Source: Nemertoderma westbladi
Taxonomy: Eukaryota > Animalia > Xenacoelomorpha
Length of the DNA: 45,377 nucleotides
Reading direction: 5' to 3'
Assembly (NCBI GenBank): GCA_032718475.1
Contig: JAUCBJ010001510.1
Coordinates: 1 to 45,377 of the forward strand
This document shows, in pieces, positions 36,213 through 45,377 of the stretch (its first letter is position 1; each line of letters starts with the position of its first letter). A program made the translations under genes and the position numbers. Under the pieces are notes generated by a model, which ran no database searches, was not told where the DNA came from, and worked only from the letters and a program-made list of their open reading frames with translations.

Positions 36213-37129
36213 GATTTACCGATTAGGCAGTTAAAAGTGAAAGTAATTGATATACCTACGACGATACTGATACCGATGTTGTTAGACCCACCAGCTGCAG
36301 AGGTGTAGATGGAACGGTCTCTAAGACTCCTTCCCCCTCCGCTATCAAAGATATATTATGAGGCTGGAATTCAAACACTTGCCGACTAGATGGCGCCTAC
36401 AGTAGCTAATTATCGGTCATCGACATTATCGGTCTGTCGGTATGTGCATAATATATGGTTTTATATAAAATACAGTATATAGCTACTATGTTGAATTAAT
36501 GGCGTCAAAATAGTCGTAAATGCCAAAAGTGTGTGTAATAAATAAACGAAACTATATTTCTTATGCGACCAACTTGTGTTGGAGATCATTTTTTTCACTT
36601 GCGACCAACTTGAGCCTTATCTGTCAGGGGGTCAAACTATTTTTGTTTCAGATTTCATTTTAAACTAATATTCAATTGAGCTGATTAAACCAAAAATTCA
36701 TTAAGGTTTGTTGAAAAATAAGGAAACTAAATTGGCATGGTACGTGATAAAGAATGGAATGGGTGGTGCAAGCTGCAAGAACAATAATTACACCGACGTT
36801 TCATTTAATAAAAAAATAATAACTTGGAAAGATTGCATAAAATTAAGTATTTTATGTCTTTATGTAATAGCACAGAATAAGGAAATATTTTAAGTAAAAA
36901 ATAGAAGTTCTTTATGCTAAAAAAAACCATGAACAAATTAAGTATATGTTTTACATAATAGTAATAGCACAGATTTGATTTCAATAAGGAAATATTTATA
37001 AAATCTAAAAAGTTTACGTTCAAATTGATAAAACAATAAGTATTTTATGTCGTACACGTAATAGCTGTGTAGTTTTTAAAACAGAGTTATTTACTTAAAA
37101 CTAAAAACTAAAAATATAACTAAAAAACT

Positions 37130-37270
37130 AAAACTCTATTGTCATTACCTCTGTCCAACACTCTATTGTCATTACCTATGTCCAACACTCTATTGTCATT
37201 ACCTATGTCCAACACTCTATTGTCATTACCTCTGTCCAAATCTCTATTGTAACTATCTCTATCGAAATCT
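37130..37270. repeat. 27-bp tandem repeat, ~5 copies
   Basis: AACACTCTATTGTCATTACCT(C/A)TGTCC; reads DRGNDNRVL on the minus strand. Confidence 0.92.
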
Positions 37271-37424
37271 CCAGGATCGCCTCCAAAAGCATGTACAATG
37301 TCATCATCGGAATCGGAATACGCGTTTGTAAGATCCGTTTTATCAACTACAGCATCGGCATAGTGGTTTTCAACGACAGGGAATGCGGGAGAGTTCTTCG
37401 CCTCCTCTATGGGTATAGTATATG

Positions 37425-37611
37425 TGTTATAGCCAAGCGCACGGATATTGTATTTTAGAAATATAAGACTGGCTGCATTTTCCGATTTTAATCGAATCTG
37501 CTTCCCGCTTGTTGTATTCTTGGCGACTTTGAACTCGCACTCCGAGGCTGAGGTACCACACCATATGGTACTAAATATCGACGTGAGAGCAAAAAATTTA
37601 GGGTAAGGAAC
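37425..37611 (-). pseudogene. hAT transposase C-terminal dimerization-domain fragment
   Basis: YPKFFAL..TSASECEFKVA..RLKSENAASLIFLKYN resembles the hATC TSA.SER.FS..RL..E....L.FL..N pattern. Confidence 0.7.
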
Positions 37612-38015
37612 CCATTTAATTGGTTTATTCTTAATATATTGTTTCATCCCAGATTGACCCTTAAATTTGCACATATGTTCGTCTATACTTTGCACTGATT
37701 TAGCCTTCAGAAATGCATCTGATAAATGAGCATAATAGGGCAAATCGTATATCTATGATCAATTGGATTTTTATATAAATCAAATGTCTCTTTGGAATTA
37801 TCAACAAAATGAAGGTTTTGTAGAATATCTTGAAACCTACTACGAGTCATGATATTCTGAATGCCGCTGTTTCCTACAAAGATATTTGTTGACCAGTAAT
37901 CCCCAATGGATGGTACCTTATTGATTGACATCACATAATTAATACCAAGAAATGCATGCTTCATCTGTGATTGTGAATGTATGGCCTTTTTGTTCAGCAT
38001 ATCGTATTGACTCAT
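37612..38015 (-). pseudogene. piggyBac transposase fragment
   Basis: AFLGINYVM..DYWST..MTRSRFQDILQNLHFVDN and SIDEHMCKFKG..QYIKNKPIKW; frameshifted. Confidence 0.88.
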
Positions 38016-38136
38016 TGGTAAATAGTTTTTTTAAGTTCTGGAAGGGTTGCTGCTTTCTCAAAAACCTGATGTGGGGATGGAATGATGGGAAACTTTGTCT
38101 GAACTTGTACTAGGGCCAGATGAAGTGTCTGAGTTG

Positions 38137-40113
38137 TAATTCTTGGTAAGTCTGAGTTGTAATTGCTTCAATTTTATCCTGTATGTAATTTTCCTGGCTG
38201 ATGTTGTAGGCCAATTTAAGATCGTCCTTAGCTTTCTCAACCTTGTTAATGTTTTCGGTTGTTGGTTATTCAGTTTTTGCTTTATAGGCTTTATATCTTA
38301 AAGATCTTCTCTCTTACAAGTAACCTCAGAGTTTTGCCATGTCACGTAATGGCCATGGCCATGTCTTGGTAAGTCTTGGTAGCATTTATATGCAATCCAA
38401 CCTCCATAGCAGCCCTCTCCACTTTATTTAGTACAAGCTGTGCCTCTGCTAGCATATTAGAGAGCAGGGCGATGTCATCCACAAAGTAGGTGTCTGTGAC
38501 TGTAGTTGCCGGATATCAACTACTTCTGTGTTCTTGAAGTGAGAATCCCAGATCTTAACCCTTTGTGGCCATCCTCATTGCGTAATCCAGTACTATTACA
38601 AATAGTAATGGTGGTAATGTGTCACCTTGCAGTAAGCCAGCCAGGATTGGAAAAACTCAGTTTCACCACCTGGTGAGAGTACCTGTGCTTCTGTGTCACA
38701 ATATATCAATCCAATGCCAGCAACAATTACTTCTGGTATTCCATAAGCCCTTAGGATTTCAAGCCTTTTACCTCTATGGATGGAGTCGAATGCCTTCTTG
38801 AAATCCACAAAAGTCATGACTGCGAGGAGATTCTTTGACTTAATTCCTTCAATCAGTCTCCGTAGTGCAAGTACTGAGCTATTGTTGATCTATTTGGTCG
38901 AAATCCATTTTGGCTCTTACGCAGTACTTTCTCTATGTGAGGTCTAATCGTATATAGGATCATTTATTGCATATTTTGGCAGCTACCACAAGCAGACAGA
39001 TCCCATGCTAGTTTGTTGGTATACCGAGGTCTCCTTTCTTGGGGAGATGCTTTAGTTGACCTTTAGTCCAAATTGGTGGTGGCTTTTCCTCCACTGTGAT
39101 TTCATCTAATCCACTTGCTTTATTATTGGACATGCTTTTAATGCTTCTTTGGAGTTCAGCAGGTGTGAACTTCCCTGTTTCTATATGTAGTGTATTGTCA
39201 TATATTTTCCTTGTAGCGCTGACCTTGATGTTTTGTGGCAGCCCAAGCAAGTTGCTGAAGTGATTTTTCCACTTCCCAACATGTTCTTCAGGACTATCTG
39301 TTTTGAGGCACTCCTTTGCACAACTTTTCCGACCAGATACCTAATTTACAGTTTGCCAGGTAAGTCTTGATTGTTGCTGTATGTGAGCAGTTGTAATTGC
39401 TTCAATTTTATCCTGTATGTAATTTTCCTGGCTGATATTGAAGGCCAATTTAAGATCGTCCTTAGCTTTCTCAACCTTATTAATTTTTTCGGTTGTTGGT
39501 TATTCAGTTTTTGCTTTATAGGCTTTATATCTTAAAGATATTCTCTCTTACAAGTAACCTCAGAGTTTTGCCATGGCACATACTGTTTTCGTTTGGGTTT
39601 CTGGAGGATATGCATCTTAACTGATTCCATGTGGGCTTTTATTATATTCAGGTATATTGAATTGGTGGACTGGTCTTCATCCATTGACTGAAGTGCTTCT
39701 AAGTGGTTTTGAACTTCTACTGTGTAAGCATCCTTTACTACATTGTCAGTTCTGAGTTTCTCCCAGTCATAGTTGATTTGCTTGCTTGTCCTGGGTTTGC
39801 TGGCTCTCAAACTGAGTCTGATGTGTCTGCAGTCACAAGTCTGTTTTCCGAACAAATTAGGTTGAATGAGCTGTATGCCTCGCAGTTGATCATGCTGTTT
39901 CTCCACTTTTTGTTTATAAGGATGTAATCCAGTTGTGCTTTGGTTCCATTAGGGTATTGAAAGGTCCATAGCTTCCCCTTACTCTTTTCGAATGTGTTGT
40001 TTGTTGGTATCAATTCACATTCTTCCATTAGGTCTAAAAGTAAGTACCCATTTCTGTTAGAACTGGTGTTATAGGTGTAACCCTTGATTTCTTCTGGGCC
40101 AATTTGCGCATTC
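38137..40113 (-). mobile_element. RTE family A internal copy, rearranged (38137-38345 repeats ~39355-39580)
   Basis: Colinear with ~980-2725. Contains MTFVDFKKAFDSIHR and NGTKAQLDYILINKKW. Both ends are missing. Confidence 0.9.
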
Positions 40114-40248
40114 TCAATCAATCATATATCAATATCAATCATATAAAACTTAGTTATATACTGTAAATTACATTTTTCTATACATTTCATAGTACAATTA
40201 TCAATTTTTATACAATCAAATATTCTATAACTATCAGTTCGAACAAGT

Positions 40249-41340
40249 TTAATAACCTTCAAATTCTTCATACAAAAAATCAATGGTTGGCCGTAGTTCC
40301 TTGTCCAAACCTAACATTGTGCAATATTCATTGCAATTATGCTCCTGAAAAAACTTTCCAATCCCAATTAAGCTGCAATTTCCAGCACAGAACAACATAT
40401 CTCCGGTTTCGTTCTGCGGCATATCAGAGGTGGCTCTCTCGGGATCATATAACAAATACTCAGCACCTTGAATGTCAAGGAGCATAAGCTTTCTCTGGTT
40501 GTAAACATAGCTGAAATGAGCAAGACATTCACTCTTCTTTGTGATTTCCAGGTGATTATTAGAGGCACCTGGAGGTGTCACTACAGAGCCATCATTATTA
40601 ACATATTTAGCAAAGGTCCCTGGAACAAACTCCTCGAGGGTACACACTGATCCATCTTCATCGCCTTTAGCAAACCAAACATTATTATACTTAAGAGTAT
40701 CACTGAAATCGCTATGGTCAGGAATTTTCTTGCACATTGATATTGCGAGATTGCGTGCTACACTGTGGGCTTGTACCTGCTTCCTGGCATGTTGCTCTAT
40801 TCCAGTCCCAAGCTAAGTGATGAAAAGATTTTCCAATTCTTTATGATGCTTCTTTACAACAAATGCCTTGTTAGAATCGCTATTATATGCCATATAAGCA
40901 CTCCGAAATCCTCCTTCTGCAAATTGAGTTGTTGCTATCTTGCATGATTCTGGTTTATCTGGTAACCAGTAACTATTTGCCACATCAAACTCTTCACGAT
41001 ATAGTTTCACAATTTCATATTTATTTCTAGCAACAAGTTTTCCTGCCTTCATTAAGGCACGAAATATCAACAGATTTAGGGTACACTGAGACAATTGGTG
41101 TCGCATGATCAGCCAGATTCGAAAGCGTTGGTTGCTCAGTCCCAATTGTAGGTTGCTTCGATTATACAGTGGAATTGGGTATTTCGTTTGAAACGGTGAG
41201 TTGCACAGTCGAGTTGTTTGTGTTGTTGTCCGGAACTGGAGCAACCCCTATAGAAGCAACACCTATAGAAGGGCATAGAGATTTAACTGGACCTACAAAA
41301 CGCACAAATAATATTTTTTTCACCGCAATCTGATCGATCA
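40249..41340 (-). pseudogene. Intronless alpha-kinase (eEF2K/TRPM6-7 kinase-like) pseudogene
   Basis: FAEGGFRSAY, FVVKK, LEEFVPGTFAKYVNNDG, LAHFSY, LLDIQG..LYDPE, GNC..IGKFFQEHNCNEYC. Split over several frames by at least 3 disruptions. Confidence 0.88.
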
Positions 41341-41549
41341 CCAAACAAATACAGATAAGTTATTTTCGGTAAAATAAACTTATCATTCGAGGTTAAGACC
41401 CCTAGATCCCTATCTATAATAAATGTATAATAACAAACACCTCGAAAAATACAGCTTGCCAACACATTGTTACTATCAATAATAAAACATCAGGGGCAAA
41501 TAAAATGGCAGCTGGCTTTGAAATTAATACTCCATATCTCAAGAACCTG

Positions 41550-41602
41550 TGGCCTAGTGGTTGTAGTCTCGGCTTCTACCTCGAGGTCCCAGGTTCGAAT
41601 CC
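41550..41602 (+). promoter_or_regulatory. tRNA-type internal Pol III promoter (A box + B box)
   Basis: TGGCCTAGTGG at 41550-41560 and GGTTCGAATCC at 41592-41602, at tRNA-like spacing. Confidence 0.85.
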
Positions 41603-41605
41603 GAC

Positions 41606-41648
41606 ACCACGCTGATGAGACCCAGTAAGGTCGAAACGCGTACGTGGT
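41606..41648 (+). ncRNA. Minimal type I hammerhead ribozyme
   Basis: Stem I ACCACG/CGTGGT, core CTGATGA, stem II GACC/GGTC (loop CAGTAA), GAAA, palindromic stem III ACGCGT, GUA triplet with predicted cleavage after 41642. Confidence 0.9.
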
Positions 41649-41802
41649 TTGGAGAGATATGAGATATTAATTTCAAGAAAAATTACGCGATTCCTGAATT
41701 TGTACACTACCCGGTTTAAAAGTACGCATGTGATCGGATTAGTCCTACAATTGCGCCAATAAAAGATAAGTTATTTTCGGTAAAATAAACTTATCATTCG
41801 AG

Positions 41803-42190
41803 ATCCAGAGATTTGGTGTCCTCAGCAGTTAGAGCCCAGCATGGACTCCCGTAGAGGAGTACTGGAACTACTGCTGCTCTAAATAATCGGACCTTAAGTT
41901 TCCGATTAATTCTCGGTGACTTCCAAATCCTGGAAAGCCTATTCAAGGCTGCCCATGCCTTTCCCTTACGTATTCGAAGGTCCTCACCTGACTTCCGGAT
42001 CCATGATCCCAGGTAACAGAAGTCGTCCACATGCTCAAGCATACCATCCTTTGAGCTTATGCTCATCCGATCAGAGACTTGCTGAGGACTTTCAAAGTTA
42101 ACTGTCAGAATTTTGGTCTTTCTGGAGTTAATAAAAAGACCAACACTAGAAGCAGCATGTTCTAATAGGAGTAGGTGACTGCACAACTCA
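41803..42190 (-). mobile_element. RTE LINE family B, upstream continuation of 33875-34386
   Basis: ORF 41794-42186 GLFINSRKTK..VDDFCYLGSWI..LFRAAVVPVLLYG. Its first 112 bp repeat 34275-34386. Confidence 0.88.
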
Positions 42191-42350
42191 TTTGTATGGC
42201 TGGCTGCCTGTTAATACAAGTGACAGTACCCAGAGTACAGTTTTAGTAGGTAAGCCTATAAAAAGTGCGGTCAAATGAACATTTGAATGGACACCTCATT
42301 ATATTCCAATTATCATAATGATTATATATAATTCAACTGATGTATTTTAG

Positions 42351-42479
42351 ATGTAGATGAATGCTATGTCAGAACCGACAACTGTCTCATTGATAAAGCT
42401 ATCTGTGTAAACATTCCTGGCTCGTTTCTGTGTGAATGTAACCCTGGTTATGCTGGCAATGGAGTGACATTATGTGAAA
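42351..42479 (+). CDS. Host gene exon: cbEGF ([43 protein letters not shown])
   Basis: ttttag acceptor, gtaagt donor, 129 nt, phase 1-1. Confidence 0.93.
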
Positions 42480-43129
42480 GTAAGTTTAGTTAATATATTT
42501 ACAAGATGTTTCATAAATTATATTCAGATTTCATTTTGGTAAAACTAAGCTAATTGGTGGGTTTTTCCATCTATCATTAGAAAACTGGAATCCAAAAGCA
42601 TTTTAGGGATTAATATACAATTGTTAGTTTGAAGTTTAGTTTTAATTGTGAAATAGAATTAAGTGAAATTTTACGACAAAATATGGTCCAAGAGCCTAGT
42701 TAAGATGGCTTTCCATATTTTGCATACTCTGGACCTGTTTAAAAATATCAGCACGATGTAAATTAAATCGCACTAAATACTATATGTATATTGTATATAT
42801 TATATTTAATTAATTACTTCTTTACATAATTACATATTTTCTTACCCAGTCACGCCAGCAGCATTGGAGGATGCAATACCATATTATGGGTGAGTCTCAT
42901 ACAGTATTGTATAACAAGTGCTGTATAGAAAAGCCAAGGACCAAGTATATTACAGTAGCTACTAGTGTTGAAACAGAATGTTTTAATTTATCAACTAATC
43001 GTCCTATCCAACACTTGCACTGTCATGTCCTCTTTAGATGAGGAAAATATGTTTTCACAAAACCTATGTTTATATTGTCCTTTTATATATTTTTGATGTA
43101 ATTTTTTTCTGCAAATCTGTGTATGTCTA

Positions 43130-43920
43130 AGTGAGATATCGAAAGTTCAAAAATGTAATGACAGCTATGTCGAGTTTGGATTTATAATAGTGCATCGCGA
43201 TAGTCTGGATTGTGCACAATGTCTACCATGCTCATGCTCAACCATGATGTAGAATGTGTCATTACATCCCTTGAAATTCATAAACCATCACAATTAATTG
43301 CATCCTCAAAGGAAGGGTGATGAAGCTGGTGCTCTGTCTGCCAAACGAGCATGATATGAAGGTGAAGCAATGCTACCCAACTTCAGATTTTGGATGGTGG
43401 AAAAGCCTGCCCTACAAGCCAGCTATGAAGTGGCATATCGAAATGGGAAGTGCAAAAAACTACAAACTATCACGGAGAATCTTATTAAAGCATGTGCTGA
43501 TAAAATGGTGGAATTTATGGATCTTCCTTTTCACCTCTGCTCCAACCAACAAGTTTTGCTCTCAAATGATACCATTCACCGAAGAATTGACGATATGGCC
43601 AGTGATGTATGCCAACAAGTTTGATCTGACATCAAAGAGCATGGTGAAACACATACCTCTATGAAATTCCAATGATGGGGTTACAATTGGAGGGGTTCCT
43701 CTGCTACGAGAAATACAAAAATATGAAGGAAAAGTAATTCTGTGATACCATGCCAACCAAAACAACTGCAGTAGATGTGAAGGCTAACATGGACTCTTTC
43801 TTTGAAGCTAATGGGCTCACGTGTCATAATTTCAAGCACATCTATCTGTAGTGATAGTGGCCCAGCGATGGAGCCCCAGCGAAGCTGGTGCTTCTGTTGA
43901 GCCACAATCATGACCACAAT
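43130..43920 (+). pseudogene. Decayed hAT (Buster/Charlie-type) transposase
   Basis: ALQASYEVAY..ENLIKACA..LSNDTIHRRIDDMASDV; many frameshifts. Confidence 0.8.
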
Positions 43921-43924
43921 CATA

Positions 43925-44460
43925 CGTGGTACACCCCAGATAACCCTGGTAGAGTACGAGTCATATTCGATTATAGATAATTGTTTGAAAGATCATCCTT
44001 AAACAGTGCGCTTATGGATGGCCATAACCCTGGTAGAGTACAAGTCATATTCGATTATAGAGAATTGTTTGAAGGATCATCCTTAAACAGTGCGCTTATG
44101 GATGGCCCTAATTTGAACAATAACTTGATTGGATATTCATGCGATTCCATCAAAGAAGTATAGCCTTCACATGTGATGTGGCAGCTATGTTCTACGAAGT
44201 ATATGCAGTAGAAAGCAAACAGGACAGTATACAACAGAAGACCAATCTGAGCAACCAGTAGTCTATAAGATGACGAGACGGATATCCGGAGGTAGGGACA
44301 TTCTGAACTGTACACCACTATATGTGTTAAAATGACAATAGGCCATAGGACACACTATGGCAAATGTGTGCTTGAGACGGTCCAGAAGGATTTTTATATG
44401 GATGGTAGTCTCAAGAGCGTGGACACATTAGAGGATGCGATAACACTCGTGCATTCTCTA
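43925..44460 (+). pseudogene. BEL/Pao reverse transcriptase fragment with an internal 84-bp tandem duplication (43940-44107)
   Basis: PGRVRVIFD..SLNSALMDGPNLNNNLIG, MRFHQ..CDVAAMFYEV, DFYMDGSLKSVDT. Confidence 0.8.
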
Positions 44461-44649
44461 CAGATTTCGATCCATTAGAGGACATTGTAAATCTGCAAAA
44501 AGTTAATTTTCGATCCATTTGAGGACATTGCAAATCTGAAATTAATTATTAATTAAAATTATCATTAATAAATTTAATCTAAAATTAAAATTATTATTAA
44601 TATCATTAAAATTAATTTTAAAGCTCATCTATCCCATCATAGTAGACAT

Positions 44650-45377
44650 GTACCGAACAACAAGAGTCCCACAAGAAATGAAAACAAATAAGTTGGTGCC
44701 AGTTCCCAAGAAGGGCAACCAACCTAACACTCTATGGTTCTTTTCGGGGAATCTCATTGATATCGATTGCTGCAAAGAAATACAATAGAATTCTATTAAA
44801 TCGCATCAGGGATCCCATTGAGAGACTGCTCCGTGGAAATCAGAATGGGTTCCGTGAAGGTCGTGGGACCATGGAACCAATTTTGGCACTTAGAAGGATA
44901 ATTGAAGAGTTATCAAAAAAGAAAGACAGGCATCTGGCTGTTATCTTTGTTGACTTCTTCAAGGCCTTTGATTCAGTCTCCCGCTCACGTATGTTCAGCA
45001 TACTTTCATTATATGGGATTCCTGATGAAATTATTGCAGCAATCAGATCAGTATACGATGGTTCGACAACATTTGTGTCTACTGTTGATGGTGACACAGA
45101 ACCATTTGATGTGTTATGGGGCGTCCTCCAGGGAGACACACTTGCACCATTCTTGTTCATAATTGTGGTTGACTATGTTCTACGCATGTCCTTAGATCAT
45201 CATAATGATGATGGGGTGATGATAACTCCACCTACTGGCTCCAGAAGTCGAGGAAATCCTGCCAAGTACCTAACTGATGTAGACTTTGCTGATGACTTAG
45301 GAGTACTCTCAGAATCACTAGAGGGAGCCCAACGGCTCCTCAGCTCATTAGAACATGCTGCATCTAGTGTTGGTCTT
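44650..45377 (+). mobile_element. RTE family B RT region, 5'-truncated, runs off the window
   Basis: VPVPKKG, NQNGFREGR, FVDFFKAFDSV, GVLQGDTLAPFLF, DFADDL. The last ~30 bp match the reverse complement of 42137-42168. Confidence 0.9.

Larger units (their letters stand above)
41353..41802 (+). mobile_element. Retrozyme-like unit: 411-bp monomer with perfect 39-bp terminal redundancy
   Basis: AGATAAGTTATTTTCGGTAAAATAAACTTATCATTCGAG at 41353-41391 and 41764-41802, enclosing the Pol III head and hammerhead. Confidence 0.6.

Noticed and set aside
36382-36400. CTCF-like motif GACTAGATGGCGCC
   Set aside because: A single short match, organism unknown, and within likely repeat DNA.
41541-41612. tRNA gene
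   Set aside because: A and B boxes are present, but I could not build a proper acceptor stem, and the 3' side runs into hammerhead stem I. Treated as a tRNA-derived head.
8487-44460. Pao gag (8.5-9.4 kb) and Pao RT (43.9-44.5 kb) as one element
   Set aside because: They are 34 kb apart with host exons between them and no LTRs seen; more likely independent fragments.

Overview
AT-rich animal (marine-invertebrate-like) genomic DNA; not prokaryotic, and no CRISPR array, rRNA or true tRNA was found. One host gene on the + strand runs through the window as 11 phase-compatible GT-AG exons (10891-42479; about 524 aa visible, both ends outside the window or unseen). It encodes a shortened EGF, an F-type (fucose-binding) lectin domain and eight calcium-binding EGF modules, six of which form a young 256-bp exon+intron tandem array. 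The introns and upstream DNA are packed with nested mobile elements. These include a full-length decayed RTE LINE with a ~50-bp target duplication, interrupted by an IS3EU-type DNA transposon (6-bp TSD, minisatellite-filled TIRs, intact DDE transposase plus a convergent zinc-ribbon gene). There is also an intact DD41D Tc1/mariner, a non-autonomous Transib-like element with asymmetric RSS-like ends, Gypsy, BEL/Pao, Penelope-like, piggyBac and hAT relics, MITEs and SINEs. The most unusual feature is at 41.35-41.80 kb: a Pol III (tRNA-type A/B box) head fused directly to a minimal type I hammerhead ribozyme, boxed by inverted repeats inside a 411-bp terminally redundant unit. This unit forms the right end of a 7.4-kb cargo block, which includes an intronless alpha-kinase pseudogene and is flanked by a 112-bp duplication of the LINE it interrupts. 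All calls are by eye; no database searches were run.
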